Of a stretch of DNA of 64,000 bases, positions 61,395-64,000 are shown in pieces; the stretch's first letter is position 1; each line of letters starts with the position of its first letter. The notes under the pieces are model-generated. The model was not told where the DNA came from. It saw nothing but the letters and a program-made list of their open reading frames with translations, and did not search any database. The position numbers were made by a program, and so were the translations under genes. The stretch covers positions 666,561 through 730,560 of the forward strand of contig AP026679.1 in the NCBI GenBank assembly GCA_025999155.1, written 5' to 3'. The DNA is from Candidatus Dojkabacteria bacterium (GTDB lineage Bacteria; Patescibacteriota; Dojkabacteria; JAOAGR01).

Positions 61395-62264
61395 ATGGCA
61401 GATGATGGAAATAATACACTAGAGCAGGGTGATGGGAAAAATAAGGCATCGCAAAATAGAGCATCTGGGAAGAAATCAGGTAAAGATGTTTATGATGCAG
61501 GAACTGATTCTGTTGAGACGCTAAGGTCAGATGTAAACACCAGCCATGATTTTTCAGATAATGAATCAGGGATTGAGCCAAAAATAAGCGAGAAAGAAGT
61601 AGATAATGCAAATACAGGGCAGGTTTTTCAGGACGAAGAGCAAAATGGAAAAAGAAGAGTTTGGTTAGTCAAACTAACACTATTTATAATTGTAATTGTT
61701 TTCCTAGCAATGTTGTCATTTATGACTTATTCGTACTATCGCGAAACTATTTTTTTAAAGAACTTATCTTCCGTAAAACAAGATAACATAGTTTTCTATT
61801 TTCCGAAGGAATTTAAACATAACCCCTATAGCGATGTGTATATAGATTACAGAAGTCAAAATCTAAATCAGAAAGGTTTTTATAATAGTATACGTCTTTT
61901 TTCCTTCGAATCTTTGAATAAAGCGACAAAAATTACGGATAAAGAAACCTGCAGATTATTTGTTGAGGATAAAATTGATGATGAACCGAAAGATGCGAAT
62001 GACGCAGAGGATAAAGGTTACATATTAGAGAAGCTTGAGTTTAATAATTTCTTCGGGAAAAAGACTTGTTATTTTGTTATCAAATACGATCTGGCTAAAC
62101 TCGTGAATGATAGTACTCTTGAAGGTCAATATGTTATAGCTGAAGGAAAAGTAATTGTGAGGGGGGGGACTGCATTAGGGGTGTTTGCAAACTACGATGA
62201 TGGCACGTCTGTGGAAGAAAGAGATAGAATTCATCGGTCTGTCATTTTTTTTGATGTAAAGTAG
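61395..62264 (+). CDS. Single-pass membrane protein with an acidic N-terminus
   Basis: Disordered-looking N-terminus, TM segment, extracellular domain with two Cys. Confidence 0.7.
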   Translation: MADDGNNTLEQGDGKNKASQNRASGKKSGKDVYDAGTDSVETLRSDVNTSHDFSDNESGIEPKISEKEVDNANTGQVFQDEEQNGKRRVWLVKLTLFIIVIVFLAMLSFMTYSYYRETIFLKNLSSVKQDNIVFYFPKEFKHNPYSDVYIDYRSQNLNQKGFYNSIRLFSFESLNKATKITDKETCRLFVEDKIDDEPKDANDAEDKGYILEKLEFNNFFGKKTCYFVIKYDLAKLVNDSTLEGQYVIAEGKVIVRGGTALGVFANYDDGTSVEERDRIHRSVIFFDVK

Positions 62265-62383
62265 CATCATTTCTGAAATACGATTGGTAAACATTTTCAC
62301 ACATGCGTTCGTATTTAATAAAAGTTAGTCAAAATATAAAATTTGGAGCAAAAACCGCAATCTACTATATTCAATAATTCGGG

Positions 62384-63358
62384 TTAATAATCACGAGTGA
62401 TGAGCTGTCTTAAAGAAATCATGTTATTTGACTGGCTTACTCGGATTGGGCTGTCGTATAGATTGGAATTTTCTATTGTATCAAGGTTCTTTTGGGTGGG
62501 TTGTAAGTGATCATGTTCTATATATTTATTAAATGACGTAGTAAAATTACTGTAAATGACATTCGTGTGTTTTTGGTGGCTTCGCCAGACTGTAGATATT
62601 GGACGAATATGATTGATTCCGAATTTGTTCATTATCATACGTCCTAAAAATGTAATGTGAAATATAAGTAGAGATAGATTTATTGGTATAGATCTAATAT
62701 TGTCAAGTTTAGCCTCGCCAATCATTAAAATTATCAAACCTAAGATCAAGAAATGTGATACAATTATGACTTTACCGATTTTAGCTTCTATCTTCTGATA
62801 ATATGTATAGTAAATTATTGATATCAGAAAGCCTAGAGATGGCAAGAGTATAGTAAATAGTTCTTGTATCTCTCGTACAGGTTGGGAAATTTCTAGGACG
62901 GCATAGAAAAAAAATACATGTGTAATCCCCAAGTGGATTAACATATCCGCAATGTTTTGATAATGTGCAATAGATGAGACAAATATAATGTTTTGTTTAA
63001 TATGTGTTGCTTCTTGTACTAAATTTAGAATCAATTTTGTGGCTAAGGCAAATCCAACAAGAAAAGTTAATACATAAAATGCAAGAAAAATTAGTTCACT
63101 AGAAATGATAAAAGAAATATTTCTATCTATATTGATATATTGGTGATTTAATATATAAATCAATACAGTACCAATAATGAGTATTTCAATCATTATTATT
63201 CTTGTGGTCGACAGTTTCTCCAGCAAGAACAGTCTGATGCGAGACTGGTCCCATACTGATAAGCGTAATATTGCTGGTAAGAGAAGTCTTATTAGTATAT
63301 ATAAATACAGCAATGAAATAAGGAAATAATGCATGATTCTTTCTATAAAAAATAACAA
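62384..63358 (-). CDS. Polytopic membrane protein
   Basis: About 7 hydrophobic segments and a polar C-terminal tail. Confidence 0.65.
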   Translation of the reverse strand: MLFFIERIMHYFLISLLYLYILIRLLLPAILRLSVWDQSRIRLFLLEKLSTTRIIMIEILIIGTVLIYILNHQYINIDRNISFIISSELIFLAFYVLTFLVGFALATKLILNLVQEATHIKQNIIFVSSIAHYQNIADMLIHLGITHVFFFYAVLEISQPVREIQELFTILLPSLGFLISIIYYTYYQKIEAKIGKVIIVSHFLILGLIILMIGEAKLDNIRSIPINLSLLIFHITFLGRMIMNKFGINHIRPISTVWRSHQKHTNVIYSNFTTSFNKYIEHDHLQPTQKNLDTIENSNLYDSPIRVSQSNNMISLRQLITRDY

Positions 63359-63383
63359 AATATAACTTTTTAAACAAATGCCG

Positions 63384-63998
63384 TTAATTATTGTCTACAG
63401 TGCTATTTTGTTCGCTATCTAGTCCCAATAAATCGATTTTCTGGTGAGGGCGTTTTGAAAATTGTGTTGTAGGGAAAAGATGCTCATCATCTACTTGGCT
63501 AGAAAACAGGCTGTTGACTGTCAATGAATCAAATTTAATATCTGATGCTTTTGTCCTTCTTTTTTTACTTTTATACAAAATATACAAAATAATGCTTACT
63601 ATGATTACTAGAATACTCATTGCCACAATTAATAAGATTGTTGTCAAAGGATTAATGGGCATCGATATGGTGGTTTGTTCGTTAGAAACTTCCGTAGGTG
63701 TGGTTTCGGCTTGTTCGGTAGATTTCACAATAATAACTTTAGAATAACTCTGATCATTATGAATTGTGGCGGTTATCTCAACTTGTAATGATGGCTGGTC
63801 CAATTGAATAGGTATAGTAAATTCGCCACTATCTAAATCAATTACGAAGATCTTATTCTCTTCAGAATTCGGATTTATTTTATACGTGACTTTAGCACTT
63901 GGATCCGACACATAAGCTTTGATTTCGATATTTTGTTCAGTGGTTTCATAAATAGATTTATCTGTTTTAATATCTGGAATCAGTAAGGCCGATTTCAT
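63384..63998 (-). CDS. 3' part of a surface protein (Ig-like domain + TM), truncated by the window edge
   Basis: IEIKAYVSDPSAKVTY...GEFTIPIQL...VEITAT beta-rich domain, then a TM segment followed by KSKKRR. Confidence 0.6.
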   Translation of the reverse strand: MKSALLIPDIKTDKSIYETTEQNIEIKAYVSDPSAKVTYKINPNSEENKIFVIDLDSGEFTIPIQLDQPSLQVEITATIHNDQSYSKVIIVKSTEQAETTPTEVSNEQTTISMPINPLTTILLIVAMSILVIIVSIILYILYKSKKRRTKASDIKFDSLTVNSLFSSQVDDEHLFPTTQFSKRPHQKIDLLGLDSEQNSTVDNN

Positions 63999-64000
63999 TT

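Noticed and set aside
753-63747. Numerous 60-150 aa ORFs antisense to or nested in recognised genes
   Set aside because: They overlap confident CDSs and carry no recognisable motifs; treated as shadow ORFs.

Overview
AT-rich bacterial chromosome segment using the standard code (TGA is a stop). Gene content suggests a reduced-genome Patescibacteria/CPR-type organism; this is an inference and the lineage cannot be fixed from the window. Housekeeping genes include hrcA (partial), clpC, gatB, lepA, ung, metG, gmk, rpe, xfp, recO, murA, ssb, leuS, pepF, ruvX/yqgF, htpX and lemA. There are three tRNAs (Asn-GTT, Ser-GGA, fMet-CAT) and two Cys-rich DUF11-type surface proteins. I saw no integrase, transposase, reverse transcriptase or CRISPR array. 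The main signal is a ~360-nt non-coding region (about 30475-30835) with its own sigma70-type promoter. By hand it folds into RNase P RNA topology (P1, P2, P3, P4, P15 with GGU, P19), but its catalytic P4 helix has compensatory changes and lacks the canonical GGAAAGUCC motif. Other observations: a 6S-like RNA candidate, apparently widespread leaderless genes, several intact ORFs lacking catalytic residues (PEP-synthase-like, TldD/PmbA-like, HtpX, SDR, PilM-like, SecD-like), two tandem duplications with uneven decay, and a surface-protein gene split from its signal anchor by a 1-nt frameshift. All family calls come from motif recognition by eye, not database searches.
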